Assembly (NCBI GenBank): GCA_051362555.1
Contig: CM120649.1
Location: forward strand, 2,666,001-2,730,000
Direction of reading: 5' to 3'
DNA from: Lingula anatina
Lineage: Eukaryota; Animalia; Brachiopoda
Length of the DNA stretch: 64,000 nt
The position numbers and the translations under genes were made by a program. The notes beneath the pieces are model-generated. The model saw nothing but the letters and a program-made list of their open reading frames with translations, did not search any database and was not told the DNA's origin. Each line of letters begins with the position of its first letter. The first letter of the stretch is position 1. Positions 51,101 to 64,000 of the stretch are shown here, piece by piece.

Positions 51101-52452
51101 TTGCTTTTTTCTTGGCACATTTTTGATACGGAGCAAATTCCACCACAACTGGGTATTCATTACCTAAATAAACAGTACAGAGACAAATACAGAAGTGTTC
51201 ACTACAGTGGATACAGTACTACCAAATAAATTGCAAATGTCTTTAATCTTCCAAATTGAATGTTACACCTCTTTAAAGAAAATATGTCATTTTTGTTCAT
51301 CTTGAACATATACTCTCTGATGTGACCAAAGTTTGTTTTTTTTTTTAATACTAATTTTTTAATACCAATAACAAAAATTTGATGGGGAATAACTTCTCTT
51401 TCTAGTGCCTCTTGAAATTCTGCCTCACCTTTGGAATCCAAAAACACATAACCATCAAATTTTTCCCTGAACAAGCAAATGTCCTCAAATTTGGCAAAGT
51501 TGATGTAAGCTCTTGACACTGCATTGGACCCCAAACTGGAAAAGTAAACAAAAGTGGACACATGTCAACAAAGGCATAAAGATCAACTCGAAAAAAAGAA
51601 TAAAAAAATAGAATGCATGGGGTCCCGATTTTTAAAAAAATTTCATGTTGAAAGTTGTAACTTTTTGTGCTATTCTATCCAATATATGTCAGTATCAGAG
51701 ATTATGTGGATAATAAACTTTAACAGATTCCGGGTATCTTCTTTCAACTGTGTCAGCCCACACATGCACACACACGCACACACACACACACACACACACA
51801 TGAACACACTGCAGTATTCTAATGACTAAAAGGGCAGAAAGTAAGGGTGCATTAAGATATACCACATATCATTACTAGCACTCCCCAAGGAACAGTCTCA
51901 ACTGCACAAGAAACATACCTACCTCATGTCAGGCCTACAGAAATAGAAGTCCGTATGCTCTGGGACGGGAGCGATCTGTTCCAAGAACTCTTCTGGACTT
52001 AGACTCGGTGGCAGACGTCTCACTACAACCTGTCATGGAAACAAGGGTGGGCTACAGTGAGTGGTTGACAGTTAGGTATTTTGGGCACTTGTCCTTTGGG
52101 CATGTGCTCTCCCAAACTTACTTCCCCAGAAAGAATAATTGAGTAGAATCAATTGCCCTCTGACCAAATAAAATCGAATAACCATGGAATAAATATCACT
52201 ACTGTAAAACGTGTGTGTGTGTGTGCGTGTTTAAGGTCATTAAGATCTACTATAATTCATTATCAAGCAAATTCTGTGTGAAAGAAAGCACTGATTGACT
52301 ATTTCACTGATTTGATGATGGCAGTGTACCTTAGTTGGCGCATTTTCCTTTTCTCTCTTCTCTCGCCTTTTCAAATCATTATTTCTGTCAGCTGTCGGTC
52401 TTAATGTTTTCTGACGCAACTCTGATTTCTGTTCTTTTTTGTCTTGTGCCAT
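45160..52452 (-). CDS. UPF3: Regulator of nonsense transcripts 3; 12 coding exons: 52452-52330, 52029-51923, 51535-51429, 51163-51065, 50449-50339, 50168-50089, 49678-49496, 47751-47597, 46291-46196, 46032-45978, 45719-45474, 45258-45160
   Basis: KVVVRRLPPSL, SRAYINF, FREKFDGYVFLDSKGNEYPVVVEFAPYQK, GTIEQDPDYIKFLES, TPLLDYL, charged region and C-terminal KDRPERAIYVPG (EJC-binding-motif-like); phases consistent. Confidence 0.93.
46556..47498. mobile_element. 943-bp non-autonomous DNA transposon with ~110-bp TIRs and 5-bp duplication AACTT, in UPF3 intron 8
   Basis: AACTT|CAGGCCTTCCCAACTACCAGACTCGGCACCTACGGGTCCAG... and its reverse complement ...GGTAGTTGGGAAGGCCTG|AACTT. Confidence 0.9.
50505..50638. 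mobile_element. Short MITE-like element
   Basis: Ends CCGGGCTGAGATTTTT / AAAAATCTCAACCCTG. Confidence 0.5.
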
Positions 52453-53359
52453 AGCTTATCTTTGGGGTACAACAGCCATACAGAGTCTTAGGACGCTAAT
52501 TCCATGTTTACACAGTAAAACTCACGACCTCAAATACTAAAAACACGAAAGAGTGAAGAGCGTCGTTTTCAGAAGCTCAGTTAGCTGCGCGACTGCTTGG
52601 AAAATAGAACGCATTAAAATTTTCAATAAAACTATTTCTAATGAAAGAAATAAAAATAAAAAATATAATTTTCGATATGATTGCAATCACGAATCAAAGT
52701 ATCTTTAAAATGTAACATTATTAACAAGCAGTATATTTACCGCGAAGCTACTATTTGACTGAAGATAACCGAAAGGGATTCTTAAAACTTTTAAAAATCA
52801 ATTTTTAATTGTTATATGTTCATTCAAAATATAGCTATGTTTCCATGTCTGTTGTTGTAATGCACAGATATTTGTGATTTTTCTAATGTTGAAAAATTTT
52901 TGTCAAGTTTAGGGACTAATATATTACATTATATTTCTCCAACCAATTTCCTTACGGATCTTCCTGCCTCCATTTTGTAGCGTAGTTTGTTGGCCTGTGG
53001 TCAACGGAAGGCTGTCAAGATGCAGGTTTGGTGGTATGTCATACTACCTGGGCTCGGCGTCCAATATGCAGCTTTTGTATTACTAACGCAGCTAGGTTGG
53101 GTAAAAGCTAAAGCCAGTTTTTCTGAATTCAGAAACGGGGTGAGCATTCGATTTAATTCCCCTGGCGATTGAACAAGTCGTCTTATAAAAAACTTTCATG
53201 TTGTCTTTTTCGGTAATTGTGTCACGAACGCTTTATTTCAGCTAACCAATTCTGGCAGAAATCATCCGCCATGATCTGAACTACTTGTCTAATTTATTGA
53301 GGAATGACTGGTACGGTACATTAAATGAGTCTCACTAAATTGCGCAATACAGAGTCCGG

Positions 53360-53900
53360 TGTCACGTGTACGGTCCGTTCTGCGTGAACCATCCGTTCTG
53401 ACCGATTGTACACGCAGCAGACGCGTGAATGAGCCGTTCCGTGAATGATCCGTTCTTATTCACCTGTACTGTTATATTTGGCTAGTTCATTTCCTACCAC
53501 ATTATACATTTACTATGATGGGGATAAAATTCATGTGTTAATTGATAATTTTGATAGAGAATCAGTGTCAAATTACAACTCGACGCATGGATGAACCTAC
53601 CGTGGACGGGCCGTCGTTATTCAGCTGCTGGCTACTATTTTAGTATTTATTTTACTAGGCTAGTGTGTTGATATGGCCACCTGAGGCAAATCGCAGTAGA
53701 GGTGAACGTCTATAAGATATGAACACTTTTAAAGATTATGTTTGAATTTGCAGTATGTTCTCAACGGTGCATGTTTATTAAAGGCTACGAATGTACTGAT
53801 GACTCTATAGAGACGGGCTGTACACGCCGGAAGTCTCAGGTTTGCCTGCGCTTTGTGCGCATGAGCAGAACGGATGGTTCACGCTCCGAGTGGTACACGC
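53360..53900. mobile_element. Probable non-autonomous DNA transposon with subterminal repeats
   Basis: Repeated CCGTTC and GCGTGAACCATCCGTTCTG at left, inverted CAGAACGGATGGTTCACGC at right; ends not defined. Confidence 0.45.
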
Positions 53901-56900
53901 CACACCGGTCGCAAGTTAACACTGGAAATGGTCATTCCCAACAAAATGGGCTGATATGAAAGTGAAATATATTACTAGTACTATATAATTAACGTCCTTG
54001 ATACAATTAAACAAGTTGTTTCAGCCACCATGTTGGCTAGAGGCTCTTAATTCTCAGCCAGAAGAGTCGGTAGCCAACATGGCTGCTGGCCCGACAATAT
54101 ACAAGTCATGCCGTTCAGTTATATCAATGATATTTATAACCTTGTATATATTTTGCTTTTATATCACCCTATTTTGCTTGGAGCTACTGTTTTCTATGTT
54201 TCAATGCAAGTGCATTCAATTTCGAGTGTATTGTGCTGTGTTGTGCTATATAGTGCAATTCGGGGACACCTCTCTTGGGTAATGAGAGGTTCACACACTG
54301 CCCACCAGGCTTGACAGTAATTTCTCTGGATTTTCCGTATCATTTTCAGCATGGGGAGCACAGGAGATACCGCAGCTTTCACGACCATGACATATATCTC
54401 CGAGACAGGCGGCTTACTGGATCTGAATACGTCACAATAGTAAGTATCAGTAGCGTAGCACAGTCAAGGGAAACCCCTGCAAAAATATGTCTCATTTCAC
54501 GCTGATTTTGGTTCTCCATCTGTCCTAGAACATGTTTTTCTCTTTTCATGAAAATTTTTCTTAATCTGTTCTAGGACATTCTGAAGGACTTTGCTAAACC
54601 ACTTCTAGAACTGTTACTGTTACGGTACATTCATCACAGAACAACATTAGAACTGTAAAAAAATGTACTAAATGTTCTAGAATAGCTTAAGAACCGTAAG
54701 CACCCGGCCCAATGCTTGAAGCACTTGGCAAAATAGGGCCACAACTTTGACATGATATTTAGGCAATTATCAGGTCAAATGAGCTGGTAATTGTTCCATA
54801 GTCACTCCTCACAAGTGTGTGTATATATATTTTTAGCAAACTTCCAAATTTTTTTTTTTTTTTTTTTAATTTGAGCATTGTAGATCATGTAACTATTGAG
54901 GGATCATTCCCAGGCCCTATCGTTCTAACTGTGGATCCCTTTATCTTGCTAAATTGCAGTAAACTTGAGTGGCTTTATGTCTGTCATGCCCACTGAAGCT
55001 ACTGAGGGGGATTTACTATCGTTTAGCAGCTTCAGTTGGCATGCCAGACATCTAAGCCACTTACTAGTAAGCTGAAATCAATTTAGCGAGAAACCCTTTG
55101 GAGATGGAGCGATGCTGTTAGATTGATCTAGGTGTGGGAAACCAATGTTAATGATGGAAAATGCTAAAAATACATTCTTGTGACCCAAATACCATGGGCT
55201 TATTATCGCACAGAAAAAGTTTGGCCCTTATAAAATCTTGGCACCCTTGGCTGAGTTTTGAAGTGTGCTTGAGACAGAGGCTTGTTGATGTCGTGTTGAG
55301 TTTCTAGTGTTCTCTAAAACTTTGGGGGGGGGGGGGCTATGAAGTGAATAGTGAATACCTCCTTGAGATTATCCCTGATTGTAGGAAAGGTAGAGTCACT
55401 CTATACACCTTCAATAGAACTCTGATTTGACCAATTTTATAACTTTTTATATGGTGAAAATCGGTTTTCACCATAGAAGCAGTTATAAAAGAGCTTATAT
55501 AAAATATGATTGACATATTTTTTTCCCTCTCATTCTAGGCTTTGGCAGGCGTACCAGACAAGATGCCAAAATTTTAATACTGCTCCCACTTCTTAAGACA
55601 TTACCAGTAGAAATTATTTCAAAGCTTAGTTGGATGCCAGAGTGGACAAAGTCTTGTGGACAATAATGTAGAGCAGTTTTGATGTAATATACTGAACACA
55701 AGTGTGGACTATCTTTTAGCAAGAACACAAATTTCTCCGGTCATTTTTTAATACTGGAAAAACAGCACTCAGGAAAAAAGTGAATTCAGACTCTTCATAT
55801 CTGTAAAGAGTACCTTTCCTTTGGCAGAAAGACTAATGATAGCACAGGCTTGTTTATAAGATTGATGTGAACCTTTTTGAATGGCACCAGCAGTGGATTA
55901 TAGTTTGTTTTATCAAAACTGGAAGGTGACTGCATAAATTAATGGCTAAAGATTCACATAAAAGCACTTTTTTTGTTGTTGTTTGATCTTAATTAATAAA
56001 AACAAATAATATTGTATTAATTTTGGAGGGGTTTCTGATGTGTTGGCTGGAGTTGCAAGTAAAAAATTCATGCATTGGTAAAATATATTTTATATTTAAT
56101 ATATATATGGACAAGTAAAAGTTCTGTGTAAGAAATAATTTCTGCACGTTTCTCTCTGTGAGATATTTAATTCAACAAAAAAGCAATACCAAAACATTGA
56201 ACCCTGCAGAAAAAAAAGGCAACAAAAATTCTATTGTAAATACAAGGAGACCTGGATTCACAGCTTTCGCTCTGCTAAACCACTAACCCGAATAATTTGT
56301 AAAGAGCTTACAAGTAGAGATGCCCCAGTTTGACAGCCAACAAACAAATTGTCCTCAATGATTCCTTACCCTTCTTTGTTGGCATAGGTTATAAAATTGT
56401 GTAAAACTGCAAAGGAACAAATAACCTCTCAAATTTCTTACAACATTTATTCATTCTCTAGCAGTTAATTACAATCGTATAATACAATAAATGATATACA
56501 CATTTGGCAGCTGGAGCCAGAAGAGGTAAAGGTAATGAACTTTGCAAAGTGGATAATGTGCTTGATGTGATTGACAGTTCAAAAGAAAAAATCTCAACAT
56601 TGCCACAGTTGTCAGTGTTCCTTCCTTAGGCTTAGGACACAATGTTGTAGCTATGGTTGGGTCTCAAAGGTTTATATTTCAAATAATAAATAATTAATTT
56701 AATTTGAAAAAAAAAAAAAAAACATTATCCAGCTTGACTTTATAAGTCATCTTGGAGACCTATTGCTCAGTTATGAACATGCCAACTGACCATTAGGGTA
56801 AAGTGTTAACAGGAAAAGAAAGAAATTTATGGACTGAAGCATAAGAACTGCATAATATTATCTTACAGATAAGAAACATCATGAGAAACTTAACTCATCA

Positions 56901-59900
56901 TCTCGGTGACGAACTAAAAAAATGACTGATATTTTGTGCAATTACTGGATAAATGGATAGTTTTCTTATGCCACTGAGTGAAAGCAGCAGCAACCGAAGG
57001 AAAATGTATCAAGAAGTTCACCCCTGCTTGCAGCTGGTATTTGAATGTGATTCTGTCCTGCATCATTAATTTTTTGCATACAAAATCACAAGAACATGAT
57101 GTTAGCTTGGTCTGATAAAGCTGCAATTCCTCTGATAAATATCATTATATTATTATCAATCACTTAGTAGAAAGAAAACTGTTGAAAAGAAAAAAAAAAC
57201 ACTAGAAAAAAGGTGTGCCATCTCAATCAAGAACTCCAAAAATTTCTAGAGCCATAATTTGCACAATGGATTTGATAATTAACAAGTCTTAAAGACATGG
57301 GTGTTATTTGTCCCAAGTAAACCAAAGAGGAGAAAGATGACATCTAAACAATAAAACTTAAAGGGAAGTTCCAGTATCTCTGGTTTTCATTTTTTTTAAA
57401 GCTTGGTATGTTTGTATTTATGTAAAAGGATTATCCCTGTTAAATTTAACTCATTATCATGTTTCCTTATTAACTTACATTCCATACAATTACGGATATA
57501 CAGGGCTCCATGCTTTTTTCCCTCAATATTATATATTTGGCAGGAACTCTATCAATGTGCTTCCATTCTAGTGATAAAAAATGAAACATCAGAATTAAGA
57601 ATTGGCTCCTTTCATACAAATCTATACTGCGCCTGAGCTTTGTACACTGATGTTTGCCTCAATCTATAACCATGACACTGTCATCTGCATCATGCAATCT
57701 ACAAAATAATGAGAAGTTATCAGAATCAAGTAGAGGCTCTTCTTTCTCATATTAGTCAGTCTCCTTCATCAAATGAATGACTCAGTTTGCACTGTCATCG
57801 GTGTCCAGTATTATCTTTTTTCCTGTATTTCACTGCCTGTTAGAAGAAATAAACACAAGTCTGTCTAAGTACTGCAGGTTTATGCAGAAGTTATCAAAGT
57901 TATCTGAAGTAGGAACAGTATGCTTTTCCTTTTGTATTTCTTTTTTTTTTTTCTTTTGTAGCTTTCTTTGCAAAATAAACAGCATCTTTTCCACAAACTG
58001 CAGGTTTATCCAAAACTGACAGAAAACCATCTGAATGGAGAATCATCCTTGTTCCTTTCTTATATTTTCCGCAGCCTCCCTTGTGGTGAAAAAACAACCG
58101 CATTCTGTCTGCATAATAGATCCAAAATGGCAGAAAATCCAGAAGGCGAATAAAATGATCTCACTGGAGACATAAACAACATTCTTCCCTCAGGCTAAGA
58201 TTTATCCCAAACTGACAGAAAATGATCAGAAAAATAATCATCGACCAACATTTGGCCAGCTTTCTGTAGATTTATGCTACTTGGTGATACTGCAGGTCAT
58301 CTTTACGCTACGTAATGTCATCGTTACGCTACGTAATGATACTGATTAGGGTTGTCTTTGTCTCGCATCATGTAGTCTCTGTCTATAAGGCTTTCAATTC
58401 TTTTCTTCAAATCTGAGGGCTGAAAAACAAAAGAGGTTTTGTCTCGTTTCTAGGTTATAGTTGTTAATTGATTGGTAAATTGATAAATAAATCTTGTTGA
58501 CTTTGAATGAAATTGTTTCATAAATACCAGAAAACACCATTTCAAAGTGAAACTTGAAAACTGTTACAATCATGATTTCATGGTTATGAAAATTCATGTT
58601 GGGCAAATGTCAGAATGTATAAACAGTAGAGAACGTATCTCAAGAAATTTCATTTTTTGTGCGTGTGTCTAAGAGCAATGTTGTTCAATAGGTTTCCCCT
58701 GACAGGAAACTTCCTTAAATTTCTTTAACCCATAGCTGATCAGTGCAGGGTAACAGTGTTACAGGGAATTTCCGAATTTTTTTCAATCAATGTTCTATCA
58801 ACAGACTTTACAGGAAATTTTCTTTTTTCTTAAACTCAGTGCTGTTCATAACAATGAGCATTTCCTAAATTTTTTTAACCCAGTGTAATTTAATAAACTT
58901 ACCTTAACAGGAAACTTCAACTGGTTATACAGCTCTGTAATCAACAGATTGTGACTAAGCAGCTTTCTTGTTTTCATAATTCGTACGATGGCGGCGTCTA
59001 CCTGGTACTGGCGATCTTGGAACACGCGCTCTGTCGTGCTGACATTTTCCTCTTGCTGGAGGGAGAGAAAGAGAAAAATTGATAAAACATACTAATCATA
59101 TGTTCCATTTGAATATTAGAAAAACTAAAAAGAAATATATATATTACTAAATAAATAAATAATTAAACAAATAAATAATCATCCAGGGGCCCTTTAATTC
59201 TTTTCAGTCAACAGATAATAATTTCGTCTTACAAAATTATTTAATTTATAAGGTAGTTGTAACTTCAAAATGTTAATAAAGCCTGGATATTAAGTGATAC
59301 TTCTTTTTGGCACAAAAACTTTTTTTCTGTGCCAGAATTTTCCGCACAGTCCAAATAAACTTATATCAAATTTATTTAATGCTAAAAGTGAGTTCACTGT
59401 AAGTCAAACCAGTGCAAGAACAGTTTTTACATTTCAAAGAGAAAAGCTGTCATAATGGAGCATGAACTCCTTTACTTTCTCCCCATTCCCTTTTCCCATC
59501 CCATCTTTCATGGGTAATTGCACAAGCGCACACTCACTGCTTTTGTGCACGGGGCTTAATTTGTTATTTGAGTACTGCCACTGAAAAGATGGCAGCCCAG
59601 GCTTAGTGTACACAAACACTTTCACAGTAAATGACTTTCAAAGCTTTATTATTACTACAGTTTAACCACTATTAACAAGGCCCTGGCTCTTTCTATTGGG
59701 AGACTGTATGCTGCGCGCTATCATATTACTCAATCTGACATTATTATTTGCTCCCAATTATGCAGACATCATTGGTAGACAGAATCAGAGTGTGGATTTG
59801 AATCATAATGTAGATCCAACGAACGAAAGTGTCACTTGATTCCAGTTCATTTTAGAAGAGAAGTCTTCATAACTATCCCACCAGCTGAGCCAGCAAAGAG

Positions 59901-60292
59901 GACTGACGCAGGAGGAAAATATAATAGAGTAAAACACGCCTAAACATCTTGACGAAGTGCAGGTAAATCCCAAGACCCATATCATATTTTATAGAACAAA
60001 GTAACACACCAACAGTTGGAGTTATCTTTCATTTATCATAAATCTGTGCACAGACACAAAAAAAAAATAAGCATAAAATTAGTTTCAAATTTCCATCCCT
60101 TCACGGAAAATAACAGACATTCAAAACTAATCTGAAAAGGACAAAAATCCCAACTCGAACGTCATCTTAATAGGAGGAGACAACATGCAGTGTACAATGC
60201 AGACATTCCTGACGTAGAGAGAAAAAAGGAAAAAAAAAACTTGCACCAATCGTATCAAGAAGAAATCTTATGTGTACCCCACCAGTGGCAGC

Positions 60293-63056
60293 ATGTCTCT
60301 GAGCAAGGAACTGGGCCACACCATAAAGGAGGAATTACTGGTCTGCAAGATCTGCCTGGAGAACTTAACCAACCCCAAATCCCTGCCATGCCTCCACACC
60401 TTCTGTGAGGCCTGTATTGGATATTACATGGAACGCCACCGCTCCACTGACCATCGCAAATTCTCCTGCCCGATCTGCCGACGCCAGGTGTTCGTCCCCA
60501 AGAACGGCGTGGAAGGGTTTCCCGACTGTTTCTTCGTGACAAGCCTGTCGGATATCATAGCGCAAACAACCATGGAGAACATATGTCGTATTTGTAAGCT
60601 GCAGCAAGTGACCAAGAAGGCGGAGAAGGTGTGTGTGGAATGCTGTATCAGTTTGTGTGCTGACTGCGCCACTCTCCACCAGGGGACGCCTCTGATGAAG
60701 GACCACACTTTCTTACCAGTGCTTGCAGAAGGTAATTATTAGTACAAGATGTAAAATTTTCTCTCTCGAGTGTGAGCACAGTAACTGCTATCTAACAAAG
60801 TGTTGGATTTTGTGATGGTAATTGTAACAAGCTGTGAGAGATACTGTAACAGGCTGTAGAACTATAACAGAAATTGTTATAACAGTACTGTTGTTGAGCA
60901 AGCAGTTACTGAAAATTTGCTTTGTAAATGGGAAAGTTTTCTTCAACAAATCTTTCACTACTTTAAGCCATACTATTCTCCTTAAAAAAAAATGCATGCT
61001 TACATAGTTTTTTTTTCTCTCCAGATGGCACAGCACAAAGCAACAAACAAAACTTCTGTAAGAACCACCATGGAGAACAAGTGAAGTATTACTGTGAGCC
61101 CTGTAACCAGTGTATCTGTGTGGCCTGTACCTTACTGGACCATCGCGGCCACACCCTGGGAGAGATCAAACAAGTCCTCCAGACCTCCACCCATGACATA
61201 AAATCTCTCCTCTCCATCTCCCAAGACACCATCACCACCCTGACCACTACGAAATCCGAGCTGGCTGACGTCCAGTCTGAGCTGACCGACTGCATGGAGC
61301 TGGTCAAGACTGACATCAGGCGCTCAGTGCAGTCCATCATTCAGGCCATCAATGAGCAAGAGACGCAGCTGCTTCGGGAGCTGGACGAGGTGTACAACAC
61401 CACGGCGACGTCCCGAGACCACCTGAGAGTTGTCCGCGCTATCGAGAAGCTGCAACTGGCCCATGATTATGCGACCAATATGCTGGCCAAAGAGACATCA
61501 CCGCTGATGCTGCTCCAGAATAAGAAAGATGCTAAAAATGGTCTGGAGATGGCGCTGAAGTTTGAGGCGCCTGACATTAGGCAGCATATCTCCAAGCTGG
61601 AGCATCGTACTCACTTCATACCAGGGAGGTAGGTAGAGACCACATCAATCACAGTTTGTACAGAAAATATTTTAAAACTAAAACTTCCAAGAAAAATTTT
61701 CTCTTTGGCCAGAAAAAGCATTCTTTCAAAATTTTCATTTCAAAAACCCAGTTCACTCATTTTTTTAAAATAACATTTTAACTCCAATAAGAAGACACTG
61801 ATTACATAACTGTTTATTACGTATGATGAGAATATTGTCCCTTTTTATCTATGCCAAACATCAGTGTTTTAACATTTTCAGATATTATTATTATTATTTT
61901 ATTATCATCATCAACAGGTTCAGTATCAACCTTGGTCACCTAATGTTCTGTACAGTACAAGAAGACCAAGCCGTACAAGACCTCACCTTCCAAACCCACC
62001 CCACACCCACAGCAACCTATAGTTCCACTCTATGTGACACCCACGGCGAACCCTTCACTATAGCACCCACAGGAGAGACCAACAAGCCTTTTGCCAAGGT
62101 GGGGCATGTGGTCATACTGCCTAATCGTCAAGTGGCCATCTTGACCTCTCTGGACATATACAGGTAATATGTGGAGATGTGTGAAGGAGAAGCAATTATT
62201 ATTACTATTATAAAAATAATAACTGAGTTAAAGTTGAATAAATTTGACAAAGTTGATAAATGTCACACCTACTAGCATAAAACTTTTGGTCTTAGAATCT
62301 TTTACAAAAAAGGTCTCTTGGTCCAACTAAAGCACCCTTAACCATTCTCCATCATAATTTCAGGGTTCACGTGTTTGATGAGCAAGGGGTCCTCTCCCAC
62401 CAGTTTGGCTCCGACAGAGACCTGCCCAACCCGACGGACATGTGTGTGACCCCCCTGGGGCAGCTGGCCCTCACAGAGATGCACAGTAAGAGGGTCAAGG
62501 TCTTCACCCCCCAGGGGGAGCTGGTGTACGAGTTCGGGGGTCAGGACAGGTGCCCCTTCGAGTTCCTGGCAGCCATAGCATGTAGTGACCAGGGACAGTT
62601 CTATGTGTTTGATATGTATGGGGTGCATCTTAGCATCCACTCAACGCAGGTAGGGGATGACGTTTAGATCGTTAAAGTAATCATTCACAAAATGCAAACA
62701 ATAGTGTTCTAGATAAGCTGACCTTATCATAAGAAAAGAAAATTACAATTATCAGGAGACTGGAATTCAGTTAAAATTGCTGTCACTTCTATACCTCCTG
62801 ATGCACTGCCTATACTTAACACTCCATCTAAATTAATGAAGTTCAGTTTCAGGTAACAAACCGCAAAGAAACAATAAAAAATTAATAATGTTAAAAATAC
62901 TCCACTTTCCCTGGTACAGCATATTTACATATCTCCCTTTGATCCCCAGGGTGATATTTTGGCCATCACTACCCTGGAGGACAGTGTACCCCGCAGTCTA
63001 GCCAGCTGGCACCCACTACTGTTTACTACCTCAGAGAACCAGATAGCCATCTACAG
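60293..63056 (+). CDS. TRIM-NHL-type E3 ligase (RING, two B-boxes, coiled coil, NHL-like repeats), 3'-incomplete; exons 60293-60731, 61025-61628, 61918-62163, 62364-62649, 62950-63056
   Basis: C3HC4 RING CKICLE..PKSLPCLHTFCEAC..CPIC; B-boxes CRIC..CVECCISLCADCATLH and CKNH..YYCEPCNQCICVAC..HRGH; NHL-like PTDMCVTPLGQLALTE..RVKVFTPQG. Confidence 0.88.
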
Positions 63057-63309
63057 GTAGGTTCTCTTTGGAGATTTCCCAAATACATCTTTGCTTGTTG
63101 TTATTAAATGCTTTTGTGATACTTTCTTATTTAACTACTATAATTCTGTCATTATCTTTCATTCAGCGCTGTATGGCAATAGATGGGTCTGCTTCACATA
63201 TTATTTTCAAGTAAACAAAATTGTAATAGTTCGTTATTTTATTTCATTTTTTTTATATTCATATTAACATTTGCTTAGGGAAAAACTATTTCAGTGAACT
63301 CCTTTTTAA

Positions 63310-64000
63310 TTCCTTAATCTTATATCCTTTATTGTACCACCAGCGTAGGCGCTGGCGGTACACATGGTTTTAGTCCCGACCCGTATGTTCCGCCGGCTCC
63401 GCCGGCTCCTGCGGCTCCGCCGGCTCCTGAGGCTCCGCCGCCAAGTCACCGTTACCGCTTCTCCTCCTAGACGGTAAGGGCCTCCATACCCATCTCTTGG
63501 ATTTAGGTCACCTATAATCTCAACTCGTTCCACGTAAAATTTGGGCTTTGTCAGTATTGGGGTCTAGGTGTGGCACTCATTGCAATGCACCCTTGTCCAA
63601 AAATGGCAAAATTAAATGCTAATTATCTCCCCTACGGAAGGAATTATGGGAAAAAATTCTACAGACAGCTTTCCAAAAGTCATATGTGTAGATTTCAAAT
63701 ATGCCCTTGGATTTGACCTTTGACCTTTATTTCAAGGTCAAACGGGCCAAAATTTAAAAAAAAACAAAATTTTTGCTGAAAAAAAAATTATTTGCGGTCT
63801 TATTCAGACACCACAAAGACTTAACTAATAATATTAATGGAAAGTGTTACCCTTCGGGTCATCTTTCATCTCCGTGAATTTGGGGTCAATCGGTGCATTT
63901 TCACGGGAGTAGCGGCCATAAGATATCGAAACTGAAAACTGTCTCTAATTCGGGAACCGTTAATGCTAGACACCCATTCTTTTTTGCATTTTGTAGGGCA
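63310..64000. repeat. Probable interspersed element in a TRIM intron, with a short palindrome and a 9-bp CCGCCGGCT-type array
   Basis: GTACCACCAGCG..CGCTGGCGGTAC inverted repeat, tandem array at 63390-63441, TTTGACCTTTGACCTT..TCAAGGTCA motif; family not identified. Confidence 0.45.

Overview
AT-rich, intron-containing animal genomic DNA. An invertebrate, possibly lophotrochozoan, origin is inferred from gene and repeat style only. Left half (1-31 kb): an array of seven intronless GT31 (beta-1,3-galactosyltransferase-like) genes in alternating orientation (+,-,+,-,+,-,+). One copy is frameshifted, four copies sit in a ~9.3-kb direct duplication, and the array also holds gene-end relics, a 22-bp minisatellite and TE debris. 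All seven copies replace the GT-A DxD motif with GHD, and their flanks carry copies of SERP1 3'/intron sequence that point to the SERP1-adjacent copy as founder. Right half: SERP1/RAMP4 (-, 3 coding exons) head-to-head with eIF2A (+, 18 coding exons, with two consecutive U12-type introns and a fourfold repeated splice donor), then UPF3 (-, 12 coding exons) and the 5' part of a TRIM-NHL gene (+) that runs off the window. Exon coordinates were read by eye and no database searches were run.
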